Part shown: piece by piece, positions 37,269 to 45,587 of the stretch | Numbering within the stretch: position 1 is the stretch's first letter | How the letters are laid out: the number at the start of each line of letters is the position of its first letter | Assembly (NCBI GenBank): GCA_041651295.1 | Contig: JBAZJN010000001.1 | Coordinates: 83,662-147,661 of the forward strand | Reading direction: 5' to 3' | Length of the DNA: 64,000 bases | Origin: Patescibacteria group bacterium | GTDB taxonomy: Bacteria > Patescibacteriota > UBA1384 > XYA2-FULL-43-10 > CAINNR01 | Notes under the pieces: generated by a model | Databases searched by the model: none | Told to the model about the DNA's origin: nothing | What the model saw: only the letters and a program-made list of their open reading frames with translations | Made by a program: the position numbers and the translations under genes

Positions 37269-38366
37269 TTATAGTAATTTTAATTGTTCGTCTTTCGCGC
37301 TTTGCGCGTCTCGCGAAGTATTATTGCCCAGCGGAGCCTCGGCGGAGTTGGGAGCTACTTGAGATTCACCGCTGGCATCGAAACGTCTCAGTAATGAGTT
37401 AAATCCTAACTCTTCAAATAAATCTTTCAATTTACTTCGATCATACTCGCCCCATTTACAATCTTCAATGCAAAAATCAATTGGAACATCCCTGTGGATC
37501 GTAGCTAATTTTTGCGACATAAAAGCTTGAGTTTGGTTTTCAATTAACAATGTTAGTATTCTTCGACTAATATTCAACTCTTTTGCAGTTTCATCTAGTT
37601 TTCCATTGTTGAATTGCCCCATTGTTGAATTGTTTAGGTCAGCGATAGAACAATTTAGCAATTTAGCAATTTTTTCATACAGCTTCTCCAGTGTATCAAA
37701 CCGCTGTATCAAATCTGTTGCTGTTTTAATACCAACTCCCGGTACACCCGGAATATTGTCAGATGGATCACCGGCTAAAGCCTTAAGATCAATAAAATCC
37801 GATGGATCTAAATTATACTCCCGTTTTATTGCTTCGTGATCGACAATCTGAAGTTGCGATAAACCTTTTTTGAGCGAATAAACAAAAACTTTGCCGTTAA
37901 CCAACTGAAAAATGTCCTTGTCGCCAGAAACTACATATATTTCAATGTCGGTTGATTTCAGCTTCTCGACGACGGTACCAATACAGTCGTCAGCTTCGAA
38001 ACCTTCTTTTTCATAAATTGGAATTTCCATCGCTTCGACAACCTCTTTGACTCTGGGGATTTGATCATAAAGTTCTTGATCGGCCTTAACCCGCGTTGCT
38101 TTGTATTCTTTGAAATGCTCGTGGCGAAAAGTTGGCCCGGCGAGATCAAATGAAGCGGCAATATATTTTGGTTTTAGGTCTTCCAAAACCTTAATGATCG
38201 TAGTCATAAAGCCGTAAATTGCATTGGTTAGCTCACCACGGCGCGTCGACATGTTTTTTGGCAGCGCATGATACGCCCGATGGATGATTGCATTGCCATC
38301 AATCAAAACCAAAACCTCCGGTTTTGTCCCGAGCCTGTTGAGGGATCTACTCCTTACATTTTCCAT
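37269..38366 (-). CDS. 5'-3' exonuclease (FEN-like, PolA N-terminal domain as a separate gene)
   Basis: PIN-like LIDGNAIIHRAYHA, H3TH ALAGDPSDNIPGVPGVGIKTA; carries an extra repeat-derived insert and a C-terminal tail. Confidence 0.88.
   Translation of the reverse strand: MENVRSRSLNRLGTKPEVLVLIDGNAIIHRAYHALPKNMSTRRGELTNAIYGFMTTIIKVLEDLKPKYIAASFDLAGPTFRHEHFKEYKATRVKADQELYDQIPRVKEVVEAMEIPIYEKEGFEADDCIGTVVEKLKSTDIEIYVVSGDKDIFQLVNGKVFVYSLKKGLSQLQIVDHEAIKREYNLDPSDFIDLKALAGDPSDNIPGVPGVGIKTATDLIQRFDTLEKLYEKIAKLLNCSIADLNNSTMGQFNNGKLDETAKELNISRRILTLLIENQTQAFMSQKLATIHRDVPIDFCIEDCKWGEYDRSKLKDLFEELGFNSLLRRFDASGESQVAPNSAEAPLGNNTSRDAQSAKDEQLKLL
37602..37670. repeat. in-frame low-complexity repeat inside the exonuclease gene
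   Basis: CCATTGTTGAATTG twice plus CAATTTAGCAATTTAGCAATT encode KIAKLLNCSIADLNNSTMGQFNNG; related to CAATTGAGCAAT..AGCAAT at about 29590-29625. Confidence 0.5.
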
Positions 38367-38408
38367 AGGCTTATAATAGCACTTTTTGTCCAGATTAGAG
38401 CTATGTAA

Positions 38409-38437
38409 TTGTCAAATTATTATGATTGTGCTAGTAT
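38409..38437 (+). promoter_or_regulatory. promoter of cassette H1
   Basis: TTGTCA-17-TAGTAT; GTGCTAGTATAAA is identical to the -10 region at 63681-63693. Confidence 0.45.
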
Positions 38438-38456
38438 AAAGTCGATCTGAAAGGAG

Positions 38457-39041
38457 TTGGGGCTAATATTAGAACACGTTACGAGCGTTTTCAGAACACT
38501 TCAGGCGCGTCTACTAACAGCACGACCCAACTTGCCAAAGTTCCAGCCGATCGAGTCACTCGCCGGCCATCTGCAGAGCCTGACAGCCCAGGCGATTGAG
38601 AGACACGGCAGGCTTCTGGCCGTCAAAACCGAAGCTGAATTCCAGGCTGGCCTGCTTAGCTTTAAGAAACCCTGCGTTCTGGAAATCGCTTGTCTCCGGC
38701 GGGACCGGATAGTCCAGCCACTCTCTGTTATGGATCGACACCAGACCAATCAGCTTGTCTCATTTTCCGGCCATCGCGACTTCTGCAACGGCTGGGAAAG
38801 GTCCCTACTCAAACTGGAAAACGGCACCGAGGCCCTACATGTGATACTGGGCGGAATCGGCAACGCCAGGAGCACTATTGGCCGAGAACTGCACCAGTTT
38901 GCTTGGAAGACAGAGATTGCTGGTGAGTCTTGCTGTGAGTGGCTACACCATCGCCGCGGGTTGGTTGCCTATACCGATGCCGTTGGCAGCACCTGCACGC
39001 TAGAACTACACTTCTTCGTTTCACAGGGGAGCACGTCCTAG
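38457..39041 (+). CDS. orphan GC-rich protein, about 194 aa (cassette H1); start uncertain
   Basis: AAGGAG directly abuts TTG 38457, so the true start is unclear; no recognised motif. Confidence 0.5.
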   Translation: MGLILEHVTSVFRTLQARLLTARPNLPKFQPIESLAGHLQSLTAQAIERHGRLLAVKTEAEFQAGLLSFKKPCVLEIACLRRDRIVQPLSVMDRHQTNQLVSFSGHRDFCNGWERSLLKLENGTEALHVILGGIGNARSTIGRELHQFAWKTEIAGESCCEWLHHRRGLVAYTDAVGSTCTLELHFFVSQGSTS

Positions 39042-39042
39042 G

Positions 39043-39069
39043 CGGTTCGACAAGAACCGTCATTTTTTT
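39043..39069 (+). terminator. intrinsic terminator of cassette H1
   Basis: CGGTTC/GAACCG stem followed by T7. Confidence 0.6.
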
Positions 39070-39073
39070 GCAA

Positions 39074-39121
39074 GAAAAAAACCTGCCCGCAATGCCATGA
39101 AGCAAAACGATGGCAGGCAGG
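39074..39121 (-). terminator. intrinsic terminator of cassette H2
   Basis: CCTGCCTGCCAT..ATGGCA..GGGCAGG long hairpin with T-run on the minus strand. Confidence 0.6.
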
Positions 39122-39319
39122 CCGCCAGTACGGCGGCGGTGATGCGGTACGACGTTGCGACTCAGCCAGACAGTGGTCTGCGCGACTTCGGTTTGCCGCC
39201 GAGAATAGAAGACCCGTCTCCATGGACACGGTCTCCTGTGGTCCCGGATCTGGGCGCCGGCGGGTGCGGCGAGTGAGGGGCGCGGATTTCCGACGAGGAC
39301 GATGTGTCTCGCTGCATCG

Positions 39320-39436
39320 CTACCATACCGCCTTTATGGCCCAGCCAACCAACAGGCCGGCGACTAATAGTAGAAGCAGAGGGATGCTTCCATGGGCCTC
39401 CAACCCATGGATGCGACCGGGATTGTGCGTTGGCAT
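39320..39436 (-). CDS. 38-aa hydrophobic peptide (cassette H2)
   Basis: CAGGAGG SD 6 nt before ATG 39436; MPTHNPGRIHGLEAHGSIPLLLLLVAGLLVGWAIKAVW. Confidence 0.4.
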   Translation of the reverse strand: MPTHNPGRIHGLEAHGSIPLLLLLVAGLLVGWAIKAVW

Positions 39437-39470
39437 CAGCGACCTCCTGACCAAAACTGAAAGCAAAAAT

Positions 39471-39499
39471 ACTATACAATTTTGAAACATAAAAATCAA
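39471..39499 (-). promoter_or_regulatory. promoter of cassette H2
   Basis: TTGATT-17-TATAGT on the minus strand. Confidence 0.45.
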
Positions 39500-39579
39500 T
39501 CCTTCGACTCGCTCTGCTCGTTCAAGACAAGCTCCCGGCTTTAATAAGGATTGATTTTTCAGATATTAGATATCAGATA

Positions 39580-41286
39580 TTATTTTTTAGATCTTAAGAG
39601 TCCGCCCCACTCAACCAATGTGAACCCAACTCTTTGATATTTCGGCAGAATCTGTGAAGTGATTGTTTCTTTCGAATCCAAGCCTTGAAAATCTAGAAAT
39701 ACGCGAATTGATGAATCCGGTTTTGGTGATACGGCAATTGGCGCCAGTTCATCCATCTCCTCCGTCCCAAACCAAGTCAAACGAACAAATGGGCTTGCCG
39801 GCATTTTTGGCAACCAGAACTCCTTGAAATCGGCGATTTCTTTATTGTTCAACCCCATATATTTAAGCTGATTTGTAATAACTTCCGCAACCCGGAAAGT
39901 TTCGACAACCGTTCCCGAAGTTACTGCCGGATATTTACCCCAGCCGGTTCCTTCCCAGTAAAGCGAGTCGTAAATTTGACCGCCCAAAGTCAGTTTCCCC
40001 GACGGTGAAGCACTAACTTTCCAACCACCGTTATATGCCGGCTCGGATATTCGGATATCGGCTCCGACTTTAACGCTGACTTCGGTATTTTTCTCCGGAT
40101 ACAGGTAAATTACCGGTTTGCCACACTCAACCGCCGGCGCGTATTTATCGTTCATATAAATAGTCCAATTGTCATAGCCATCTTGGAGAACAAGTACACC
40201 CAAGTCAGCCATCATTGCAGCTTGTGTAACTTTTGATCCCATTTCATCCATTTTGTAGACGGCGTAGGCAAAGTTGGCTAATGGCGAAGCTGCATCAACT
40301 GTATAGATTTTCTTTCCTGATGCCGAAGCCACTTCGGTTTTGGTGCTGAGCGCAGTCTGGTCAATAATTAACGGGAATGATCCGCCACCACCACCGCAAC
40401 CGGAAGTTTTGATTTGCGAATATTTGTAGCTGGCACCAAGCGCATTGCTCCAGGTGACACTGAAAGTTCCGTCATCGTTTCTGTAAGTCGGGGTTGGCGA
40501 ATAAATAATTCTGGCTCCGTCGTTTCGCAGAACGTAATATTGGGCGACTTTGGCATCGCCAGCGGAGAGCTCAATATCCGAGCCTTTCAAAAGGTATAAA
40601 TCTCCCCATTTTGTTTCTCCCAATTTCGATCCGGCAGTAGTAGCATCGGCAAACGACTTCTCACGTGAAGATGTAGCTGAGAGAGTCAACTTTGTCGTTC
40701 CGATGGTGATCGTTTTATCTAGTTGTAATGATTTGATAACAAAAGTCGCATCTGATTCCGAATTTGTTCGCGAGTAATAATTGCCGTCTCCGCCGACAGC
40801 GTCAGAGTTTTCAGGCAAAAAGTAATAAACTCCGCCCTTTTTCAAGAAGTGATGAAAATCATAATAAGTTCCCATTGTTTCGACTTCGGCCATGGCGAAA
40901 ATGATCTCGTCGCCGCTGGTTGTCGTCGCAACTTTATAGTAGGTTGTGCTGACGTAACCGGGAAATGCGTCATCAGTCGATCCGGAACCCTTTTTAAACA
41001 ATCCCAAATCCGCCAATTTCTCCCTGGGCGCTATCCAGGCAATACCTTCATCTTTAATTTTTGTACTAGTGACACTACCGTCAGAACTCGTTGTTGCCGC
41101 ACTCTCGTCGGCTTTCTTTTCTTCCTCTTTTGCCGGCCAAAACTTGTCTTTTATGGTGCCTCGATAAGCATAGGCCGAAACCCCGCCACCGACAACGACT
41201 GCAGTAATCACAATCCAAAGCCAAGTTAGGTTTTTCTTCTTTTTCACTGGCAAAACGATTTGTTCAGACTTTTCTTCTCCCTCCAT
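39580..41286 (-). CDS. large secreted or membrane-anchored protein, unknown function
   Basis: N-terminal TM anchor WLWIVITAVVVGGGVSAYAY; 568 aa; no recognised motif. Confidence 0.6.
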   Translation of the reverse strand: MEGEEKSEQIVLPVKKKKNLTWLWIVITAVVVGGGVSAYAYRGTIKDKFWPAKEEEKKADESAATTSSDGSVTSTKIKDEGIAWIAPREKLADLGLFKKGSGSTDDAFPGYVSTTYYKVATTTSGDEIIFAMAEVETMGTYYDFHHFLKKGGVYYFLPENSDAVGGDGNYYSRTNSESDATFVIKSLQLDKTITIGTTKLTLSATSSREKSFADATTAGSKLGETKWGDLYLLKGSDIELSAGDAKVAQYYVLRNDGARIIYSPTPTYRNDDGTFSVTWSNALGASYKYSQIKTSGCGGGGGSFPLIIDQTALSTKTEVASASGKKIYTVDAASPLANFAYAVYKMDEMGSKVTQAAMMADLGVLVLQDGYDNWTIYMNDKYAPAVECGKPVIYLYPEKNTEVSVKVGADIRISEPAYNGGWKVSASPSGKLTLGGQIYDSLYWEGTGWGKYPAVTSGTVVETFRVAEVITNQLKYMGLNNKEIADFKEFWLPKMPASPFVRLTWFGTEEMDELAPIAVSPKPDSSIRVFLDFQGLDSKETITSQILPKYQRVGFTLVEWGGLLRSKK

Positions 41287-41298
41287 AGAACCTCCCCT

Positions 41299-41378
41299 CT
41301 CAAAATGATTAAACCAGAATGACTAACGTCGAATAAATTCTCAAATGCATCAATTCGTCATTCCTCATTCGGATTTCT
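41299..41378. repeat. R3 intergenic repeat, degenerate copy d
   Basis: AGAATGACTAACGTCGAATAA..CAATTCGTCATTCCTCATTCGGATTTCTT. Confidence 0.4.
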
Positions 41379-41381
41379 TAA

Positions 41382-43094
41382 TTATTTTATTAACTCAATT
41401 GTATCACTACTTAACTTCTTAAATCCAATTTCGCTGTTAATATCGAGTACAGATTTAATTTTACTGGCTTTCTCGGCTCCCCTCATCAGTTGCGGTTTGA
41501 CCTTAATTTCCTTCGTCGGTAAAAATGTTAAAGTAATTTTTTCCTTTGTGATCGTGCCGGCGAGAATTAATCCTTGCTGAGTTTCTTCGGAAAAGAATTG
41601 GTCAAAGACAAAATTGCCCAGCGAATAGACCACTGGTTTGCCATCGATTATCTCAAAATCCTGCGTTACATGCGGATGAGATCCGACAATCAGGTTGGCG
41701 CCGGCAGCGATCCACTCTTTCGCCATTTGTCTTTGTGATGCCGAATGTTTTGGCGCATACTCCGTTCCCCAGTGTGGATAGACGATGACAAATTGTCCAG
41801 CGGCCTTTTCTGCTTTGATTTTTGCCTCGAGAGCTGCCTGATCAAAATTTTCCAATGTCATTATCCCGATAATTGTCATCGGGACTTCACCGGCTATTCG
41901 AAGAACTGACGCTTCGGAATAACCTGTGGGCAGACCAAAGTATTTGATACCGGATTGATCGAGCATCTTCTTGGTTGAGACAAAACCGCTGGCTCCGGCG
42001 TTATTTGTGTGATTGTTGGCAAGTGATACCGCGCCTACATTTATATACTTTAGGATTGATGGAATTTCCGGTTGAAAATTAAATACCATCGAACCGGTTT
42101 CAATCCCTGGAATTGATTTTTCGGATACTGGTCCTTCAAGATTTAGAACCGGAGCATCAACTCCGCGAAAAACTCTAGTGCCAAAATTATCAAAAAGTGA
42201 TTTAAAACCGGCTGTTTTGGACCGCTGCCAAACATTTCGGTCAAACATGGCATCGCCGGCGATAACAAATGAAGACGATGGTTGTGACAACGTTTGCGAT
42301 TGCTTGTCAGAATAATATCCCAAAACTACACTTGTCGTTTCGGCATCATCATTTTTCGCCTCGGCACCCGAGTTACCATTATAGAAAAGATTGAAATTTT
42401 TTGCGCTTCTTTTATCGGCAATTCTGGCGGCCAAATATAGTGCTTGCGGCGAGTCTGTCTCAGCTTGCCAAATTTTATCAAAATCCAGGCCGGATAACGC
42501 CTGAATAGAATATTGGTCGTGAATTTTTGCCAGAGCGTTCGGCTGGTAATGAGAAAAATCAACCGAAGCAATTATTTGGCAATCGTTGCAGTTATCATTT
42601 AGCCAATCAGCCAGCTTGTCGACTTCCGCCCTGCTTGTACCGTCTTTAATAATTATCGGTAAAAAATTCTTGCTTATGTTCGTTGTTACATCAGCAAGGA
42701 CGTTTGTAATGCCATGCTCTTTTTCAAACGATGCTTCGTCCAAACCGGCGATTTTTGAATCTGCAAGTTGATTTACCAAAGCTTCAACCGGTGTAGCCTC
42801 ACCTCCGGCTAGTTTCCAAGTCTTTTTTGTCGTTGTGATATTACTCGCTCCGGCATTAAAATGGTCGACGGAAACTACGACTGCAGTTTCCGGCGAATAT
42901 TTTTTTCCAACATCCGCAAGAAGCTCTTTTCTCTTTTCGGAAAAATCATCGAAATGCGGAACGACTACCACCGGAATAAATTCTTGGTTAGCGCTTTTGT
43001 TGCCTGCCGGCGCAATTGCCGGTAATTTGGAAAAATACCAGTAGGTTCCGGCTACCAGGATGATTGAAGTGATGATAAGTATTGCTTTTTTCAT
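41382..43094 (-). CDS. CapA-family (PGA_cap, metallophosphatase-like) protein with an extra N-terminal domain
   Basis: C-terminal half has NLEGPV, LANNHTNNAG, HWGTEY, GSHPHV, YSLGNFVFDQ; N-terminal signal anchor. Confidence 0.7.
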   Translation of the reverse strand: MKKAILIITSIILVAGTYWYFSKLPAIAPAGNKSANQEFIPVVVVPHFDDFSEKRKELLADVGKKYSPETAVVVSVDHFNAGASNITTTKKTWKLAGGEATPVEALVNQLADSKIAGLDEASFEKEHGITNVLADVTTNISKNFLPIIIKDGTSRAEVDKLADWLNDNCNDCQIIASVDFSHYQPNALAKIHDQYSIQALSGLDFDKIWQAETDSPQALYLAARIADKRSAKNFNLFYNGNSGAEAKNDDAETTSVVLGYYSDKQSQTLSQPSSSFVIAGDAMFDRNVWQRSKTAGFKSLFDNFGTRVFRGVDAPVLNLEGPVSEKSIPGIETGSMVFNFQPEIPSILKYINVGAVSLANNHTNNAGASGFVSTKKMLDQSGIKYFGLPTGYSEASVLRIAGEVPMTIIGIMTLENFDQAALEAKIKAEKAAGQFVIVYPHWGTEYAPKHSASQRQMAKEWIAAGANLIVGSHPHVTQDFEIIDGKPVVYSLGNFVFDQFFSEETQQGLILAGTITKEKITLTFLPTKEIKVKPQLMRGAEKASKIKSVLDINSEIGFKKLSSDTIELIK

Positions 43095-43097
43095 AAT

Positions 43098-43129
43098 GTC
43101 ATCCTCGGGCTTGACCCGGGGATCCCGAC
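43098..43129 (-). repeat. R1 half-element, copy e
   Basis: Reverse complement GTCGGGATCCCCGGGTCAAGCCCGAGGATGAC matches the second half of the ychF copy; encodes the DedA C-terminus SGSPGQARG-stop. Confidence 0.65.
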
Positions 43130-43803
43130 CTCTTAGATTTTCTGACTTCCTTAATTATTTTTACCGCAATTACGACTGCCAAAAGTGCGATAACCAACCA
43201 CCTGGCAGTCAGAATCTCGACAACCCCGTCAGAGCTATAGTACATTAATACGCCCCAAAATGTTGCCCAGACAATGTTGGCGGCAACAGATTGAATCATA
43301 AACGGCGTAAATGGCAGTTTTAAAATGCCAAAAGCGGTCGAAGTAAGCGCCCCGAGGTTGGGGTGAGTATATGAGATCCATATCCACCAGCTGCCACGCC
43401 GCTCGACTTGTTTTTTAGTCTTCTCCAAAGCCTCACCCATGCCGAATTTGATGAATAACTTATGCCAGCCGGCGTGGCCGATCCAGTAATTGAGTGCATA
43501 AGTAAAACAAAATGATAAGGCGGTCAAAAATATGACGGCGTAAATATTGAGCGACCCTTGTCTGGAAAATGCTGCTGCCAGCAGGATAATTGATGACCCG
43601 GGAAAATAAATGTTGATAAGCGGGATCGATTCGATAATGGCCGAAATGACTAAAACCGGATAGCCATATAGTGCAAAATAATATTTTAAACCCTCCAGCA
43701 AGGCGTCCGGAGTCGGAAAAAAAATCGAGGCAATAATAAAAAAGACGACTAGGGTGGCCAACAAAATTAGCGGAATCGCCAGAGCTTTGACAATTCTTTT
43801 CAT
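43099..43803 (-). CDS. DedA/SNARE-associated family membrane protein
   Basis: Typical DedA N-terminal pattern (YGYPVLVISAIIESIPL..FPGSS) and 4-5 TM helices. Confidence 0.7.
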   Translation of the reverse strand: MKRIVKALAIPLILLATLVVFFIIASIFFPTPDALLEGLKYYFALYGYPVLVISAIIESIPLINIYFPGSSIILLAAAFSRQGSLNIYAVIFLTALSFCFTYALNYWIGHAGWHKLFIKFGMGEALEKTKKQVERRGSWWIWISYTHPNLGALTSTAFGILKLPFTPFMIQSVAANIVWATFWGVLMYYSSDGVVEILTARWLVIALLAVVIAVKIIKEVRKSKRSGSPGQARG

Positions 43804-43832
43804 AATTTCATTTTAGCGCTTTTGAGCAGAAT

Positions 43833-43864
43833 AAAAAATCCCGACCTCAGACTTCGAGGACGGG
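43833..43864 (-). terminator. intrinsic terminator of the thyA-like/tmk operon
   Basis: CCCGACCTC/GAGGACGGG stem with T-run on the minus strand. Confidence 0.6.
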
Positions 43865-43871
43865 AACGGAT

Positions 43872-44501
43872 CTAGCTTTCGTGGATCAGGCAAGCGACGG
43901 CACGCCAGGCTTGTGCTCGCACTTCCTCGATCGGAAGCAGAGCGTCAACCATGATCTTCTTGCTATCATGTTTCCCGAAGAGATCGAGGAAACCGTCTCG
44001 GACACGCCGATGGTAGTCGAGACTCTTCATCTCGATGCGGTCGCTCGTGTCGCGACCGCGAGATTGAAACAACTCCTCCGGCGGGCCATCCAACAAGATG
44101 AGCAGGTCGGGCTCAAGTCCGCAAGTCGCATAGTCGGTCATAGCGACTGCCAGATCAAGCGGCGCCTCGCCAGCATAGCACTGGTAGGCGTAGGTCGAGT
44201 ACTTGTAGCGGTCGGAAACGACATACCGGCCAAGGGTCAGAGCCGGCACAATGACATCTTCGCAGTGATGCGCACGATCGGCCAGAAAGAGTAGCAATTC
44301 CGACTTGGCTGACAGATCGTACTCTGTGCTCTTGAGTAGCCGGCGAACCTCTTGGCCAAAATCGGTCCCGCCCGGTTCCAGTGTCAGCGTCACTTCAAGA
44401 CTGCTAGTCTGGCTGATCAGGTCGGCAATCGCCATACAAAGCGTTGATTTGCCAGTGCCCTCACAGCCCTCGACCACGATGAACTTGCCAGGATACGACA
44501 C
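43872..44501 (-). CDS. tmk: thymidylate (dTMP) kinase, GC-rich
   Basis: P-loop FIVVEGCEGTGKST, DRY-like SDRYKYSTYAYQ; 3 nt downstream of the thyA-like gene. Confidence 0.85.
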   Translation of the reverse strand: MSYPGKFIVVEGCEGTGKSTLCMAIADLISQTSSLEVTLTLEPGGTDFGQEVRRLLKSTEYDLSAKSELLLFLADRAHHCEDVIVPALTLGRYVVSDRYKYSTYAYQCYAGEAPLDLAVAMTDYATCGLEPDLLILLDGPPEELFQSRGRDTSDRIEMKSLDYHRRVRDGFLDLFGKHDSKKIMVDALLPIEEVRAQAWRAVACLIHES

Positions 44502-44504
44502 GGG

Positions 44505-45335
44505 CTACTCACCGCCTTTCTGCCGCTCCCTCTCCAGGGCCGCGGCGATCTTGGCGCGGGCCTCGTCGATCAGGATCTGCACGTCCGGCGTGCGATAGGT
44601 GCGCTGCTCAAAGGTGCGGCTCTCGACGCTACCGAGGAAGCCCTTGAACTCGTCGAAGTACGATCCGTAGATGTGGAAGCTGTCCGCTACATGGTTGTAC
44701 TGCCCCGGGACAATGGTGCGACCGAGGGTCTCACTCAGACGCTCGGCCACGGCACGCTGCAGGTCGGTGAAGGCGTACATGTTCATGAACGCCGCCTTGT
44801 AGGCATCGTTGGAGCGCATGTGGGCGGCGAGCAGGAGGCGGTCGTCGAAGATGCGGAACCACAGGCGCTGCAGGCAGGCGCAGTGTTCGCAGTCGGGATC
44901 TTCCCAGGGCTTCCAGAGCACGCACTGGGCGCGCCGGGTGTGCGGGGCGGCGCTGAGGGCGCGGACAACGTAGTCGATCTGATCGACCGGCTCTGCCAGG
45001 CCCGGGATCCGATAGCTGCGGATGCGTTCGTGGTAGGAATACTGCCACTTGCCTTCATCCGGGGCGATCCAGTGATCATGGATCCCATCCACGACCTCCT
45101 GCCGGTAGACCTCGAGGTCGTCGAAACCTCCGGGCATGGCGCGATGGATGCGAGGCTCGGCGAAGGGATCCTCCACCGCCAGGAACAGGGACACGTCGCG
45201 GCTCTCGGGGTCCCCGGGCTTGTCATACTGGGTGGCGATGCGGGCGCCGCGCTCCCAGGTCTCCAGCACTGCGCGTTCCCAGCCTTTAGCCAGACCCTCG
45301 GCGACAACGTGTACGACAGGCAAACTTAGTTCCAC
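44505..45335 (-). CDS. thymidylate synthase ThyA-family protein (divergent, archaeal-like), GC-rich
   Basis: HTRRA, CEHCACLQRLWFRI (Cys nucleophile region), RSNDAYKAAFMNMYAF, ADSFHIYG; AGGTG SD 9 nt before GTG 45335. Confidence 0.75.
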   Translation of the reverse strand: MELSLPVVHVVAEGLAKGWERAVLETWERGARIATQYDKPGDPESRDVSLFLAVEDPFAEPRIHRAMPGGFDDLEVYRQEVVDGIHDHWIAPDEGKWQYSYHERIRSYRIPGLAEPVDQIDYVVRALSAAPHTRRAQCVLWKPWEDPDCEHCACLQRLWFRIFDDRLLLAAHMRSNDAYKAAFMNMYAFTDLQRAVAERLSETLGRTIVPGQYNHVADSFHIYGSYFDEFKGFLGSVESRTFEQRTYRTPDVQILIDEARAKIAAALERERQKGGE

Positions 45336-45444
45336 AGTAACCAACACCTTTCATCAGTGATGTGCGACTGACCCTCCTTCGCCTACGGCTACGGAAGGGT
45401 TTGTTGCCATCGGCAACAAAAAAAGGGTCTAGCCCTCCGACTAC

Positions 45445-45473
45445 ATTATACATAGATTGTGTTACCTGTCCAA
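45445..45473 (-). promoter_or_regulatory. promoter of the thyA-like/tmk operon
   Basis: TTGGAC-17-TATAAT on the minus strand, about 100 nt upstream of the start. Confidence 0.5.
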
Positions 45474-45543
45474 GAAGAATATTTTTCAGGTTTTCCACAA
45501 CCCAAAGTTGTTGTTGTCTGAAACAATAAAAACAGAAAAGATT

Positions 45544-45570
45544 AAAAAAACCCACGGGTGTCCCGCAGGT
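45544..45570 (-). terminator. intrinsic terminator of the ankyrin gene
   Basis: CCTGCGGG..CCCGTGGG hairpin (with G-U pairs) followed by T7 on the minus strand. Confidence 0.5.
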
Positions 45571-45587
45571 CAGCTACAGATCGGTGT

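Noticed and set aside
39038-39479. ORFs 39038-39229 and 39162-39479 (minus strand) in cassette H2
   Set aside because: One reads through two terminator hairpins, and the other starts before the SD and promoter logic and overlaps the better-supported 38-aa peptide. Both are likely GC artefacts, though a second small ORF starting METGLLF (ATG about 39223) cannot be excluded.
44673-45360. Long ORFs on both strands overlapping the thyA-like gene (44673-45329 +, 44731-45048 -, 44783-45307 -, 45136-45360 +)
   Set aside because: These are typical stop-poor shadow frames of GC-rich coding DNA. Their products are Ala/Arg/Pro/Gly-rich, and only the 44505-45335 frame carries ThyA motifs.
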